Assembly: GCA_050743625.1 (NCBI GenBank)
Contig: JBOGED010000195.1
Location: forward strand, 1,643 to 65,642
DNA length: 64,000 nt
Source of the DNA: Egibacteraceae bacterium
GTDB lineage: Bacteria > Actinomycetota > Nitriliruptoria > Euzebyales > Egibacteraceae
Reading direction: 5' to 3'
Below the pieces are notes generated by a model. That model worked only from the letters and a program-made list of their open reading frames with translations, made no database searches and had not been told where the DNA came from. Shown in pieces: positions 26,411 to 36,164 of the stretch; within the stretch, counting starts at the first letter, position 1; each line of letters opens with the position of its first letter. Both the position numbers and the translations under genes were made by a program.

Positions 26411-28261
26411 ATGCCCGCGCCGCCCTTCGAATCCAAGAGAACATTCGGTCACGGAAATGGGGATCTCGTGAGGAGCAAGCCGGGCGCGCGACTCTGGGCG
26501 TGGTGCTTGCCTCGCGATGCAGCTGACCGCCTTGTCATCCGGGTCGCCCGGCATGGTGGCGGCTGGGTCGGTGTGCTTGCGGTCACGGCGATCGCGAGCG
26601 CCGTGATGGAGACGCTCCTCCCAGCCGCTCTCGGACGCGCGGTGGACGTTGTGCTTAGCGGCGGCGACGCGGCCGCATGGATCACGCGATGCGGCATGTT
26701 GATCGTACTCCTCGTGGTCTGTGATGTGCTGAGCAGTCTCGCCGACGGTGCGAGCAGTGCGGAGTCCACGGCGTGGCTACGCCACACGCTGTTGCGTCAC
26801 GTCCTGGCGCTCGGGACGCGGACCGCCCGGCGGTTCACTCCCGGAGACCTGGTGAGCCGCATGGTCGGCAATACGGCTGAGGCCGGGCGTGTGGGGGCAG
26901 CCGCGGTCGTGGGCATGGCCTCCGCCATCCCTTCGGTCGGCAGCCTCATCGCACTCGTGCTTATCGATCCGTGGCTTTGCGTCGCGTTCCTGGCTGGGTT
27001 CCCCCTGCTCGCGCTGCTGCTACGAGCCTTCGTCCGGGACTCCTCGAATATCGCCACTCAGTACCTTGGGGTTCAGGGCGCCATCGCGGCACGGCTCGTT
27101 GACGCCTTGGCGGGGGCACGCACGATCGCGGCCGCCGGGACGGTGGACCGTGAGGTAGAACGTGTGCTCGCCCCACTGCCCGAGCTGTACGAGCATGGCC
27201 AGGGGATGTGGCGCGCGCAGACCAGGATCGTCTCACAGGCTGGCCTCCTCGGTCTGCTCGAGGTCGCGGTGCTCGCGGTCGCGGGGTTCGAGCTCGCGCG
27301 GGGGCGGATCACCCTCGGTGACATGCTCGCCGCCAGCCAGTACGTGACGCTGGGCATGGGGCTCGGTGGAATCGTGGCGTTCCTCACTCGACTGTCCCGT
27401 GTCCGGGCTGGAGCCAGGCGCACGGCGGAGGTTCTCGCTGAGGCGCCGATGAGATATGGGACGGGGAACCTGCCCGCCGGACCCGGGCGGCTCGAGTTTC
27501 GCGGAGTGACCGTGAGCGTAGGCGGCGAGCGGGTACTGGATGGTCTTGACCTCGTCGTGCCGGGGGGAGCCGCGGTCGCGGTCGTGGGACGTTCCGGAGC
27601 CGGCAAGTCGCTGCTCGCCGCGCTTGCTGGGCGGCTCATCGACCCTGACGAGGGGCAGGTAGTCCTGGACGATGTGCCGCTCCACCATTTGGACCGTCGC
27701 GAGCTCCGTCGTGAGGTCGGCTACGGCTTCGACCGTCCGGCGCTGATCGGGCACACCGTTGCCGAGGCGATCGGGTTCGGGCAGCACGCGCCCAGTCAGA
27801 GGCGGCTGGAGGACGCCGCCCGCGCCGCTTGCGCTGACGTCTTCATCCGCCGGTTGCCGCAGGGCTACCGGACGCGGCTCGCCGACGCGCCGATGTCCGG
27901 GGGAGAGGTCCAGCGCATCGGGCTCGCACGCGCGTTCGCCCAGGCGGGGCGTGTGCTGGTGCTGGACGACGCCACCTCGAGCCTCGACACCGTGACCGAG
28001 CTGCAGATTAGCCGTACGCTCACCGGCGAGTTGAGCGACCGCACCCGTCTTATCGTTGCCCATCGAGCCTCCACAGCCGCCCGGGCGGACCTCGTCGCTT
28101 GGCTGGACGGGAATCGGGTACGGGCGCTCGGGCCACATCACGAGCTGTGGAGCAACCCGGACTACCGTGCCGTCTTCATCGCGGATGTGGCGGAACTCGA
28201 GACCGTCGACACCGTCGACGCGGTCCACACCCGCAACGGGAGTCGAGGTGGGCCGGCGTGA
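26411..28261 (+). CDS. ramA: ABC exporter, fused permease-ATPase (RamA-like)
   Basis: TM domain followed by Walker A GRSGAGKSL, signature MSGGEVQR and Walker B VLVLDDATSSLD. The start is uncertain; the first 40 or so residues may not be translated. Confidence 0.85.
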   Translation: MPAPPFESKRTFGHGNGDLVRSKPGARLWAWCLPRDAADRLVIRVARHGGGWVGVLAVTAIASAVMETLLPAALGRAVDVVLSGGDAAAWITRCGMLIVLLVVCDVLSSLADGASSAESTAWLRHTLLRHVLALGTRTARRFTPGDLVSRMVGNTAEAGRVGAAAVVGMASAIPSVGSLIALVLIDPWLCVAFLAGFPLLALLLRAFVRDSSNIATQYLGVQGAIAARLVDALAGARTIAAAGTVDREVERVLAPLPELYEHGQGMWRAQTRIVSQAGLLGLLEVAVLAVAGFELARGRITLGDMLAASQYVTLGMGLGGIVAFLTRLSRVRAGARRTAEVLAEAPMRYGTGNLPAGPGRLEFRGVTVSVGGERVLDGLDLVVPGGAAVAVVGRSGAGKSLLAALAGRLIDPDEGQVVLDDVPLHHLDRRELRREVGYGFDRPALIGHTVAEAIGFGQHAPSQRRLEDAARAACADVFIRRLPQGYRTRLADAPMSGGEVQRIGLARAFAQAGRVLVLDDATSSLDTVTELQISRTLTGELSDRTRLIVAHRASTAARADLVAWLDGNRVRALGPHHELWSNPDYRAVFIADVAELETVDTVDAVHTRNGSRGGPA

Positions 28262-30042
28262 GCCGCGCGGAGCGGAGGCACATGCTCTTGCGCGTCCTGT
28301 CTGCTCCGCTGCGACGCCGGCCTTGGGTCATCGTGCAGCTCGCGGGCTGGTCGATCGTCCAGGCGCTGCCCGCGTTCCTGTCAGGCTATGCCGTCGCGCG
28401 CGCAATCGACGACGGCTTCCTCGCCGGCCGTACCGCGACAGGGTTTGCCTGGCTGGGCCTCATGGCAATGTCTGTCGTTGCCGGAGCCTGGGGTACCCGT
28501 CAGGTCTACCAACGGCTGGCGGGCATCGTCGAACCGTTCCGGGATGAGCTGGTCCGCCGTGTCGTGACCGGTGTGCTCCACCACTCCATCGCGCGCGGGA
28601 ACCCTCCCGACACCGCCGGGGTTGGGAGGCTCACCCAACACGTCGAGATCGTGCGCGAGGCGTTCGCCAGCTTGATCATGGTTTCGCTCAACTTCGCCTT
28701 CACCGTGACGAGCGCACTGCTCGGCATGCTCTCCTTGGTCCCCATCGTCTTGGCGTTCGTTCTTCCCCCCTTGGTGCTCGGCCTCGGATTGTTCTTCGGC
28801 GCGCTCGCCGCGATGGCGGCGCGGCAGCGGGTCTTCGTCTTGGCCGACGAGCGCCTCGCCGAGACGGCGAGCACCGTGGTAGGCGGCCTGCGCGACGTGG
28901 TCGCGTGCGGTGCCGAGGAGCAGGTCCGCGCCACGGTTGGTGAGCACGTCGACGCGCAGGCTCACGCCGCACACGCGTTGGCGCGCCTCTCAACGGTCCG
29001 GATCCTGGCCCTGGCCGTTGGCGGCTGGCTGCCGCTGCTGGGCATCCTGGCTGGCGCGCCGTGGCTGCTGCGTAACGGGGCGACGACGGGTGCGGTCCTG
29101 GGCGCGTTTACGTACGTGGCCTATGGACTGCAGCCGGCCCTGGAAACCCTGATCCAGGGCCTCGGCGGCAGCGGCCTGTGGCTTGCGGTTACCCTGGGCC
29201 GGATCGTTGAGGTGAGCAGCGGTCCGGGCGAGATCCCCCACGCTACCGAACGGCTACAGCCGCGGCCCCATCGGCAAGATCTGCGGCTTTGCGGAATCAC
29301 CTTCGGCTACGGAACACACGCCGAACCGGTGATCCGCGATCTCGACCTGGTCATCTCCGATGGTGACCACGTCGCCATCGTGGGCCCGAGTGGCATCGGA
29401 AAGTCGACGCTCGCGAACCTCATGACGGGGCTGCTCGAACCTCAAACCGGAGAGGTGCGGATCGGCGGCGTTCCCGTCCGCGAGCTTGGCGTGGACAGCC
29501 TGGCCCTTCATCGCGTGCTGATTCCTCAAGAGGCGTACGTCTTCACCGGCATGCTCAGGGAGAACCTCACCTACCTGCGGCACGACGTCTCTCAAGCCGA
29601 GATCGACGAGGCGGTCGAGGCAATGGGGCTAAGACCGCTCGTTGAGCGGGTCGGCGGATACAACGCCGAGGTGGATGCCTCAGCGCTCTCGGCTGGCGAA
29701 CGCCAGCTCATCGCCTTGACTCGCGCGTATCTCTCGCCGGCGAGGCTTGTGGTCTTGGACGAGGCCACGTGCCATCTGGACCCGGTCGCGGAAGTGGGGG
29801 CTGAGCGGGCGTTCGCCCGCCGTCCGGGCACGCTCGTCGTGATCGCGCATCGGGTGAGCTCGGCGATTCGTGCGCGCCGGATCCTCGTCATGGACGGCGC
29901 GCACGTGCTGGATGGCACCCACGAGAGCCTGCTGGCGGCCTCGCCGTTGTACCGCGACTTGGTCGGCCACTGGACAGTCACTGACCCGACGGCTCCCCTC
30001 AGCCAAGGGATTACCGCGGGCTTGAGCTGGCAACAGCCATGA
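28258..30042 (+). CDS. ramB: ABC exporter, fused permease-ATPase (RamB-like)
   Basis: The GTG at 28258 overlaps the upstream stop codon (GTGA). Walker A GPSGIGKST, signature LSAGERQ and Walker B LVVLDEATCHLD. The longer track ORF starting at 28099 is an upstream extension. Confidence 0.85.
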   Translation: MSRAERRHMLLRVLSAPLRRRPWVIVQLAGWSIVQALPAFLSGYAVARAIDDGFLAGRTATGFAWLGLMAMSVVAGAWGTRQVYQRLAGIVEPFRDELVRRVVTGVLHHSIARGNPPDTAGVGRLTQHVEIVREAFASLIMVSLNFAFTVTSALLGMLSLVPIVLAFVLPPLVLGLGLFFGALAAMAARQRVFVLADERLAETASTVVGGLRDVVACGAEEQVRATVGEHVDAQAHAAHALARLSTVRILALAVGGWLPLLGILAGAPWLLRNGATTGAVLGAFTYVAYGLQPALETLIQGLGGSGLWLAVTLGRIVEVSSGPGEIPHATERLQPRPHRQDLRLCGITFGYGTHAEPVIRDLDLVISDGDHVAIVGPSGIGKSTLANLMTGLLEPQTGEVRIGGVPVRELGVDSLALHRVLIPQEAYVFTGMLRENLTYLRHDVSQAEIDEAVEAMGLRPLVERVGGYNAEVDASALSAGERQLIALTRAYLSPARLVVLDEATCHLDPVAEVGAERAFARRPGTLVVIAHRVSSAIRARRILVMDGAHVLDGTHESLLAASPLYRDLVGHWTVTDPTAPLSQGITAGLSWQQP

Positions 30043-31466
30043 CCCGCGGGAGGCCGGTTTGCCCGTCCGTCACTTTGGCCCGCCTCGTCAGCGGGTCTCG
30101 GTCGCAAACGATCACCGAATGGATGTCGAACATGCTTGCTCGCCATGGGTACGGTCCGGGAGCGACCACCCCGAATCTGACCGTGCCCGCGCTGCCGTAT
30201 CCGATCGAGCGCGCGACGCTGGTCAACGGGCTGCGCGTCGTGATCGCTCCGGACTCGCGTGCGCCCGCGATCGCCGTCACGGTGTACTACGACGTCGGCA
30301 TCCGCTCCGAGCCTGAGGGGCGGACCGGCTTCGCGCACCTGTTCGAGCACTTGATGTTCCAAGGGTCGGCGTCCCTCGAGAAGCTCGCGCACTCCCGATA
30401 CGTGCACTCGTCTGGCGGGGACTTCGACGGGACGACCCACCTTGACTACACAAACTTCTACGAGATCCTGCCGAGCAACGCGCTGGAGCGCGCATTGTTC
30501 CTCGAGGCCGACCGCATGCGAGCGCCGCGACTGACCGAGCAGAACCTCGCGAACCAGATCGCGGTGGTGAAGGAAGAGGTCCGCCTCAAGGTGATGAACC
30601 AAGCGTACGGCGGGTTCCCGTGGCTGCAGCTGCCGCCGGTGCTGTTCGACACGTTCCCGAACGCGCACAACGGCTACGGCGACTTCGCCGACCTGGAGGG
30701 GGCGAGGATCGAGGACGCGCAGGGTTTCTTCGACCGCTACTACGCGCCTGGCAACGCGGTGCTGGCGGTGGTCGGCGATCTCGACGTCGCCGAGACGCTC
30801 CGGCTGATCGAGCGGCACTTTGGTGATATCCCCGCGCGCCCGGTGCCTGAGCGTCCCAGCTTCGCCGAGCCGGACCTCGACGGCCCGCGCCACGACCGGA
30901 CAGTCGACCGTCACGCCCCGATGCCCGCGGTAGCGCTGGGCTGGCGGGTGCCCGACCCGATCACCGACTTCGGTGCGTACCTTCCATACCTGGTGCTCTC
31001 CGTGGTGCTGACCGACGGGGATGCGTCGCGCCTCCGCCGCCGTCTCGTGAAGGACGACCGGCTCGTCACCGCCCTGTCCGCCTTCCTGTCGGTCATGGGC
31101 GACCCGTTCGATGTGCGTGAGCCGAGCGCGATGGTGGTGAGCGCGATCCATACCAGGCCGGTCGAGGATGTCCTGGTGGCACTCGACGAGGAACTGGACC
31201 GCCTGGCGACGGACGGTCTCGTGGACGGCGAGCTAGAACGCGCGCGGGTGCGGCTCGTAGTCGGCCAGATCGGCCGGACCGAGCCGCTTCTCGACCGGGC
31301 TCGGTTGATAGCGGTCTTGGAGCAGCAGCGCGGCCGTGCCGAGCTAGCCGGCGAGCTGCCGGGGCTGCTCGCCGAGGTCACCGGCGAGCAAGTCGTGAAG
31401 GCCGCCGCCATGCTGCGCCCCGACCGGCGTGCAGTGCTCGAGCTGGTGCCGGGAGGTCGGAAGTGA
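30039..31466 (+). CDS. M16-family zinc peptidase, catalytic subunit (pitrilysin/insulinase-like)
   Basis: Inverted zinc motif HxxEH in FAHLFEHLMFQGS. The ATG overlaps the ramB-like stop codon (ATGA), implying translational coupling. Confidence 0.85.
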   Translation: MTRGRPVCPSVTLARLVSGSRSQTITEWMSNMLARHGYGPGATTPNLTVPALPYPIERATLVNGLRVVIAPDSRAPAIAVTVYYDVGIRSEPEGRTGFAHLFEHLMFQGSASLEKLAHSRYVHSSGGDFDGTTHLDYTNFYEILPSNALERALFLEADRMRAPRLTEQNLANQIAVVKEEVRLKVMNQAYGGFPWLQLPPVLFDTFPNAHNGYGDFADLEGARIEDAQGFFDRYYAPGNAVLAVVGDLDVAETLRLIERHFGDIPARPVPERPSFAEPDLDGPRHDRTVDRHAPMPAVALGWRVPDPITDFGAYLPYLVLSVVLTDGDASRLRRRLVKDDRLVTALSAFLSVMGDPFDVREPSAMVVSAIHTRPVEDVLVALDEELDRLATDGLVDGELERARVRLVVGQIGRTEPLLDRARLIAVLEQQRGRAELAGELPGLLAEVTGEQVVKAAAMLRPDRRAVLELVPGGRK

Positions 31467-32848
31467 CCGCGATCGTCGAGCCCCGGCCTGTCCCCCCGCT
31501 CACGCCGCCGCGTTCGGTCCCGCCGCTCTTGATCGCCAAGCACAAGCTCGACACCGACCTGAAGGTTCTCGCAGTCGAGAGCGGTGGGGCGCCCCTGGTG
31601 CAGCTACGGCTGTGGGTGCCGTTCGCGGGGCCCCCAGCAGGAGCTGGGGAGGAGGGCCTGGACGCTGTCGACGCGTCCGGCTCCAGCGAGGCCGACACCG
31701 CGCGCGCGACGTTGCTCGCCAGGACCTTGCTGTCCGCCACACAGCGGCGGAGTAACGCCGAGCTGGCCACGGCGTTCCAGGCGCTGGGGGCCACATTGCG
31801 TGTTGGGGCCGACCCGGACGGCCTGCTATTCACGGGCAAGGCGCTCGCGAGCAGCCTACGGGACCTGCTAGAGCTGCTCGCTGAGGTGCTGACCTCCGCT
31901 ACCTACCCCGAGGATGAGGTCGCGGGAGAGCGTGCCCGCGTTGTGGAGGAGCTCACGATGGCGCGGTCGGCGCCGTCGGTGCTGGCCAGCGAGGCACTGC
32001 TACGACGCATGTTCCGCGGTCATCCCTACGCATGCAAGGTGCCCAAGCCCGAGCAACTGGCGGAGACGCGTCCAGACGACCTGCGGCGCCAACACGCGGA
32101 AGGCGTGCTGCCGGACGGGAGCACGCTCGTGCTCGTGGGTGATGTGCCGGCTCACCAGGCGCTGGCTCAGGCCGCTGAGGCGCTGTCCGGCTGGAACGCC
32201 GTGGGATCGACTCCTGTGGCGCCAGCCGTGCTGGCGCCGGAGCCCGGCCCCGTCCTGCTCGTGAACCGGCCGGGCTCGGTTCAGTCGTCCATCCGCATGG
32301 GCGGCCTGGCGTTGCCGCGGTCGGATCCCGACTACGCCGCCTTGAAGCTGGCGAAGACCATCTTCGGCGGCTACTTCGCATCCCGTCTGGTGGAGAACAT
32401 CCGCGAGGACAAAGGCTACGCCTACTCACCACACTGCGTGATCCGGCACGCGGTAGCGGGCTCTACGCTGCAGCTCGGAGCAGACGTGGCTAGCCAGGTC
32501 ACCGCCCCCTCGCTGCTGGAGATCGCCTACGAGCTGGGTCGCATGGCAACCCTGCCAGTGGGCGCCAACGAGCTGGAGAACGCTTGCCAGTACGCGATCG
32601 GCACGCTCGCGCTGGAAACCACGACGCAGGGCGACCTCGCCGACAAGATCGTTGCGCTGGAGGCCAGCGGGCTCGGCCCCGACTGGCTGGATGAGCACTC
32701 GCGCCGCTTGGCAACGGTAACGGTCGAGCAGGTGATGGAGCAGGCGGCCCGCTTCCTCGCGCCTATGCGGCTCGTGACGGTCGTCCTAGGCGACGCCAAC
32801 GTGGTCGAGCCGTCGATGCGCACACTCACCGAGGTCACACGGGGTTAA
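31463..32848 (+). CDS. M16-family peptidase, non-catalytic partner subunit
   Basis: Same fold and length as the upstream gene but without HxxEH; the equivalent region reads ARATLLARTLLSATQ. The GTG overlaps the upstream stop codon (GTGA). Confidence 0.8.
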   Translation: MTAIVEPRPVPPLTPPRSVPPLLIAKHKLDTDLKVLAVESGGAPLVQLRLWVPFAGPPAGAGEEGLDAVDASGSSEADTARATLLARTLLSATQRRSNAELATAFQALGATLRVGADPDGLLFTGKALASSLRDLLELLAEVLTSATYPEDEVAGERARVVEELTMARSAPSVLASEALLRRMFRGHPYACKVPKPEQLAETRPDDLRRQHAEGVLPDGSTLVLVGDVPAHQALAQAAEALSGWNAVGSTPVAPAVLAPEPGPVLLVNRPGSVQSSIRMGGLALPRSDPDYAALKLAKTIFGGYFASRLVENIREDKGYAYSPHCVIRHAVAGSTLQLGADVASQVTAPSLLEIAYELGRMATLPVGANELENACQYAIGTLALETTTQGDLADKIVALEASGLGPDWLDEHSRRLATVTVEQVMEQAARFLAPMRLVTVVLGDANVVEPSMRTLTEVTRG

Positions 32849-32956
32849 CCTCAATGCCGCCAATTTGGGCGGCTGACGCGGTGCGCTTCGCCATCGGCGG
32901 GTCCAAGTTTCTACCAATCGGCGTCGTTTGCCGCCCGCTACCGGCGCGCTGTCTGC

Positions 32957-33049
32957 TTTTGCGCGCCGGCGCGCAAAAACGGCGGCCAACCGGTGCTATC
33001 GGTGTCGCGAACGCCGTTGGCCTGCGACTTTTGCGCGTATGCGCGCAAA
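32957..33049. promoter_or_regulatory. Pair of related palindromes TTTGCGCG(C)..(G)CGCGCAAA upstream of the LtrA-like gene (candidate operator sites)
   Basis: A perfect 22-bp palindrome TTTTGCGCGCCGGCGCGCAAAA lies at 32957-32978. A second copy, TTTGCGCG-tatg-CGCGCAAA, lies at 33030-33049. Confidence 0.4.
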
Positions 33050-33196
33050 GACGGAGGCTTGACCCCGTTTACGCAGCTATCTCGCCAGACCCTATGTGAG
33101 TGGCATTGGCGTTAACCTCATCCCTGCGATGCGGCACGCATGCGTGCCGAATCCTGGCCACAAGCGCATGGGTGGCGTGCCACCATCGGGGTTGTG

Positions 33197-34441
33197 ATGA
33201 ATACGCGTCGCGTTCGGATGGAGGCGGTGGACGAGACCGCCAGGGTTACCCCGATTGAGCTCTTCTTCGACTTGGTGTTCGTGTTCGCGTTGACGCAGGT
33301 GACCGCCCTGATGGCGGACGACCTGTCGGGGCGCGGGTTGCTCCGCGGGCTGTTGGTGCTCGCATTGGTGTGGTGGGGTTGGGTCGGCTACTCATGGCTT
33401 GGAAACGTGGTCCGCGCGGACGAGGGCGTCGTGCGGTTGGCCATGTTCGGGGCGATGGGGGCGATGTTCGTGCTCGCCTTGACGATCCCCGAGGCCTTCG
33501 ACGACCTACCCGGGGGGTTGGCCGGCCCGGTGGTCTTCGCCGTGGTGTACTTCGCGGTCCGAGCGTTGCACCTGGCGATGTTCTGGGTGGTCAGCCGCGG
33601 CGACCCCGGCTTGCGCCGCCAGCTCGTGCACTTCACGCCGTCGATGCTGGGTGGTACCGCGCTGCTGCTGGTCGCATCGCAGCTCGACGGGCTGGCGCAG
33701 ACCTTGGTGTGGGGCGCGACGGTGCTCGCGGATTACGGTGGCACCCTGCTGGGAGGCTCGGCGGGTTGGCGGCTGTACTCTCCCGGCCACTTTGCCGAGC
33801 GCCACGGACTCATCCTCATTGTGGCCCTGGGCGAGTCGATCGTCGCGATCGGTGTCGGGGTCGCCGCGTTGCCGATCTCCTGGCCGATCATCCTGGCCTC
33901 GATGCTCGGTCTGGTGGTGGCGGCGAGCATCTGGTGGGCCTACTTCGACGTGGTAGCGCTCGTCGGTGAGCGCACGCTCGCGAGGGCCTCGACCCAGGAC
34001 CGTCCGCGGTTGGCCCGCGACTCCTACAGCTACCTCCACCTGCCGATGGTGACCGGGGTGGTGCTGGTGGCACTGGGGATGAAAAAAGTGCTCGAGTACG
34101 TCGGCAATCCGAGCGAGCACCAGATCACCGACCCACTCACGATGCTGCCACTCGTCGCGCTGTACGGGGGAGTGGTGCTCTACCTGCTGGCCCATGTCGC
34201 GTTCCGGCTGCGCAACCTGCACAGCGTCAATGTGCAACGCGTGGCCGTGGCTCTGGCGCTCTTGGCGGCCGTCCCATTGGCCGCGCAGATGCCGGCGCTG
34301 GCCGCGCTTGCCCTGCTCGCCGCCGTCGCCGCCGGCCTGATCATCTTCGAGATGACCCGCTACGCCGACGTGCGGGACCGGGTCCGCCACGTCGGCGAGG
34401 TCGCGGTATCCGAGCGGCAGTCTCACCGGTCACGGGAGTGA
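33197..34441 (+). CDS. LtrA-family (low temperature requirement A) polytopic membrane protein
   Basis: N-terminal signature ELFFDLVFVFALTQV, followed by about 10 hydrophobic helices. Confidence 0.8.
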   Translation: MNTRRVRMEAVDETARVTPIELFFDLVFVFALTQVTALMADDLSGRGLLRGLLVLALVWWGWVGYSWLGNVVRADEGVVRLAMFGAMGAMFVLALTIPEAFDDLPGGLAGPVVFAVVYFAVRALHLAMFWVVSRGDPGLRRQLVHFTPSMLGGTALLLVASQLDGLAQTLVWGATVLADYGGTLLGGSAGWRLYSPGHFAERHGLILIVALGESIVAIGVGVAALPISWPIILASMLGLVVAASIWWAYFDVVALVGERTLARASTQDRPRLARDSYSYLHLPMVTGVVLVALGMKKVLEYVGNPSEHQITDPLTMLPLVALYGGVVLYLLAHVAFRLRNLHSVNVQRVAVALALLAAVPLAAQMPALAALALLAAVAAGLIIFEMTRYADVRDRVRHVGEVAVSERQSHRSRE

Positions 34442-34518
34442 CGCGCTGGGCCCTTATGGCCGGGGTTCGTAACGGATACGTGAGAAAGCCTGGCCACAAG
34501 GCCGAACCGACGCGAACA

Positions 34519-34556
34519 GCACCGGCCGTGGCGTGGTTGGTCGCCACGGCCGGTGC
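34519..34556 (+). terminator. Perfect 15-bp stem hairpin downstream of the LtrA-like gene
   Basis: GCACCGGCCGTGGCG-tggttggt-CGCCACGGCCGGTGC. Confidence 0.6.
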
Positions 34557-34985
34557 TGCCGCTGCCAGCCGACCGGAGGGGGGCCGGTCGAGTGGCCGAA
34601 CCAGGCGTCTCGCCGGTTCTTCGGGAGGTTTGCGTGTCCTTTAGTGGTCTTGATCATGGACGGCGGGCCAAGGCTTGGGGCACCCCCGACGGCGTTTCGC
34701 AAGGGACGTCAACCAAACCTAGGGCTTGCGGTTGCGTGTTTTCCGTTCGAGCGAGGACCCACCCCGTCCGCAGCCCGGCAATTCGTGGTTTCGTCCCTTC
34801 CGCCCGCGCGTTACGGTCGTAGCCCGCTGTGTAGTTGTAGCTCTCCCGTTCGCCGGCTGCAACACTGTGCGGCGACACGTTCTTGTTGTGTTCGCCGAGG
34901 TCTTACGGGTGCGAGTCATCGGCGTCTTGCGTACGATAGAAGCTCGCGGCGGGGCATAGCTGGCGAGCGCGCGGGGCTTGAGCGG

Positions 34986-36164
34986 ATGGGCGAGAACGAT
35001 GCGGAAACAGCGGGTGTGGGCGGGCGCGCCCGGATGGAAGGCGGTGAGATTCCCCGCGTGAGCTACACCGATCTCTTGGCGGCGATCGCGGCGTTCGGTC
35101 TTCCCAACGCGTCGACCGCGCTACCGGGCGTCCCGCTTGCTCCCGCGCAATGGCGGCGGCTTATGGAGGGCACCGCGGCGGCGCGCCTGAGTGGTCATCT
35201 CGTCGAGGCCATTGACTCCAAAGCATTCGCCGTGACCGCTGAGCAGGCCCGGCAGGCGGCAGAGCTTCATCGCAAGCTGACGTGGCGGGTACTGGGGCTC
35301 GAGCGGCGGTTGCTGGAGGTGGCCGGGCTGCTCAGTGCGCTCGGTATCGAGATGCGCGTGTTGAAAGGGCCGGCGCTCGCCCGCACGTGCTACCCAAAGG
35401 TGTCCGCGCGCACCTTCGCCGACGTCGACGTGCTCGTGCCGGCGGATCGGTTCGACGAGGCGGGGGCGGCGCTGGCGGATGCGGGCTGCGCACGCACCCT
35501 CCCGCAGCTTCGGGAAGGGTTTGACCGACGGTTCGGGAAGAACGCGACGTTCGTCGGTCTCGATGGCTTACAGGTCGACGTGCACCGCACGTTCGTCGTC
35601 GGTCCCTACGGGCTCCTGATCACCCTCGAGGACCTGTTCGCCACGCACGAGTCATTCGCCCTTGGCGGGCGCATGCTGAAGGCGTTGGGCACCGAGGAGC
35701 AGTTCCTCAACGCCTGTTACCACGCGGCGTTGGGTGACGTGCCTCCGCAGCTGAGTGCCCTCCGTGACGTCGCCCAGATGCTCCTCGGCGCCAAGCTCGA
35801 CGTCGACCGCGCCCGTCGGCTCGCCGAAGCATGGCGGGGAACGGCCGTCCTGGCTCGGGCGGTCGCGTTGACGTGGCGAACGCTTCGCCTGAGCGAGCAG
35901 CCCCCGCTTGCCGTATGGGCGCGAGGGTTCACCCCCACCAGGTGGGATCGGCGGCTGCTCACCTGCTATGTGTCCGCGAACCGGAGCAACAGCCTGAAGT
36001 ACCTCGCGTCCGCGCGTGTCATCCCCGGCACGGGTGCCAAGCTCGCGTACCTGCGAGGACTCCTGCTTCCCGACCGCGCGTTCCTCGCGCGGCGGAGAGT
36101 GGCGTACGGTGCCTGGTGGCACCACGGCGCGATGGGGCTTCTGGGGCGGGAGCCGAAGCGATGA
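34986..36164 (+). CDS. Nucleotidyltransferase-family protein of the type found in RiPP/lasso clusters (PF14907-like), copy 1
   Basis: FADVDVLVPADRFDEAGAALADAGC is an NTase-fold motif. It is a paralogue of 44353..45540 and similar in length once the implausible 150-aa N-terminal extension of the track ORF is removed. Its stop codon overlaps the next start (ATGA). Confidence 0.7.
   Translation: MGENDAETAGVGGRARMEGGEIPRVSYTDLLAAIAAFGLPNASTALPGVPLAPAQWRRLMEGTAAARLSGHLVEAIDSKAFAVTAEQARQAAELHRKLTWRVLGLERRLLEVAGLLSALGIEMRVLKGPALARTCYPKVSARTFADVDVLVPADRFDEAGAALADAGCARTLPQLREGFDRRFGKNATFVGLDGLQVDVHRTFVVGPYGLLITLEDLFATHESFALGGRMLKALGTEEQFLNACYHAALGDVPPQLSALRDVAQMLLGAKLDVDRARRLAEAWRGTAVLARAVALTWRTLRLSEQPPLAVWARGFTPTRWDRRLLTCYVSANRSNSLKYLASARVIPGTGAKLAYLRGLLLPDRAFLARRRVAYGAWWHHGAMGLLGREPKR

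Noticed and set aside
34533-34985. N-terminal extensions of track ORFs: 34533 (NTase), 44357-44680 (aminotransferase), 49208-49414 (CapD-like), 55009-55230 (sugar transferase), 41908-42024 (AsnB-like), 28099-28257 (ABC), 52093-52236 (sulfotransferase), 35831-36160 (methyltransferase).
   Set aside because: The extensions are Arg/Pro-rich with no homology-like features. They overlap upstream genes extensively. Internal starts give ATGA/GTGA/TTGA coupling or sensible RBS spacing, and lengths typical for each family.
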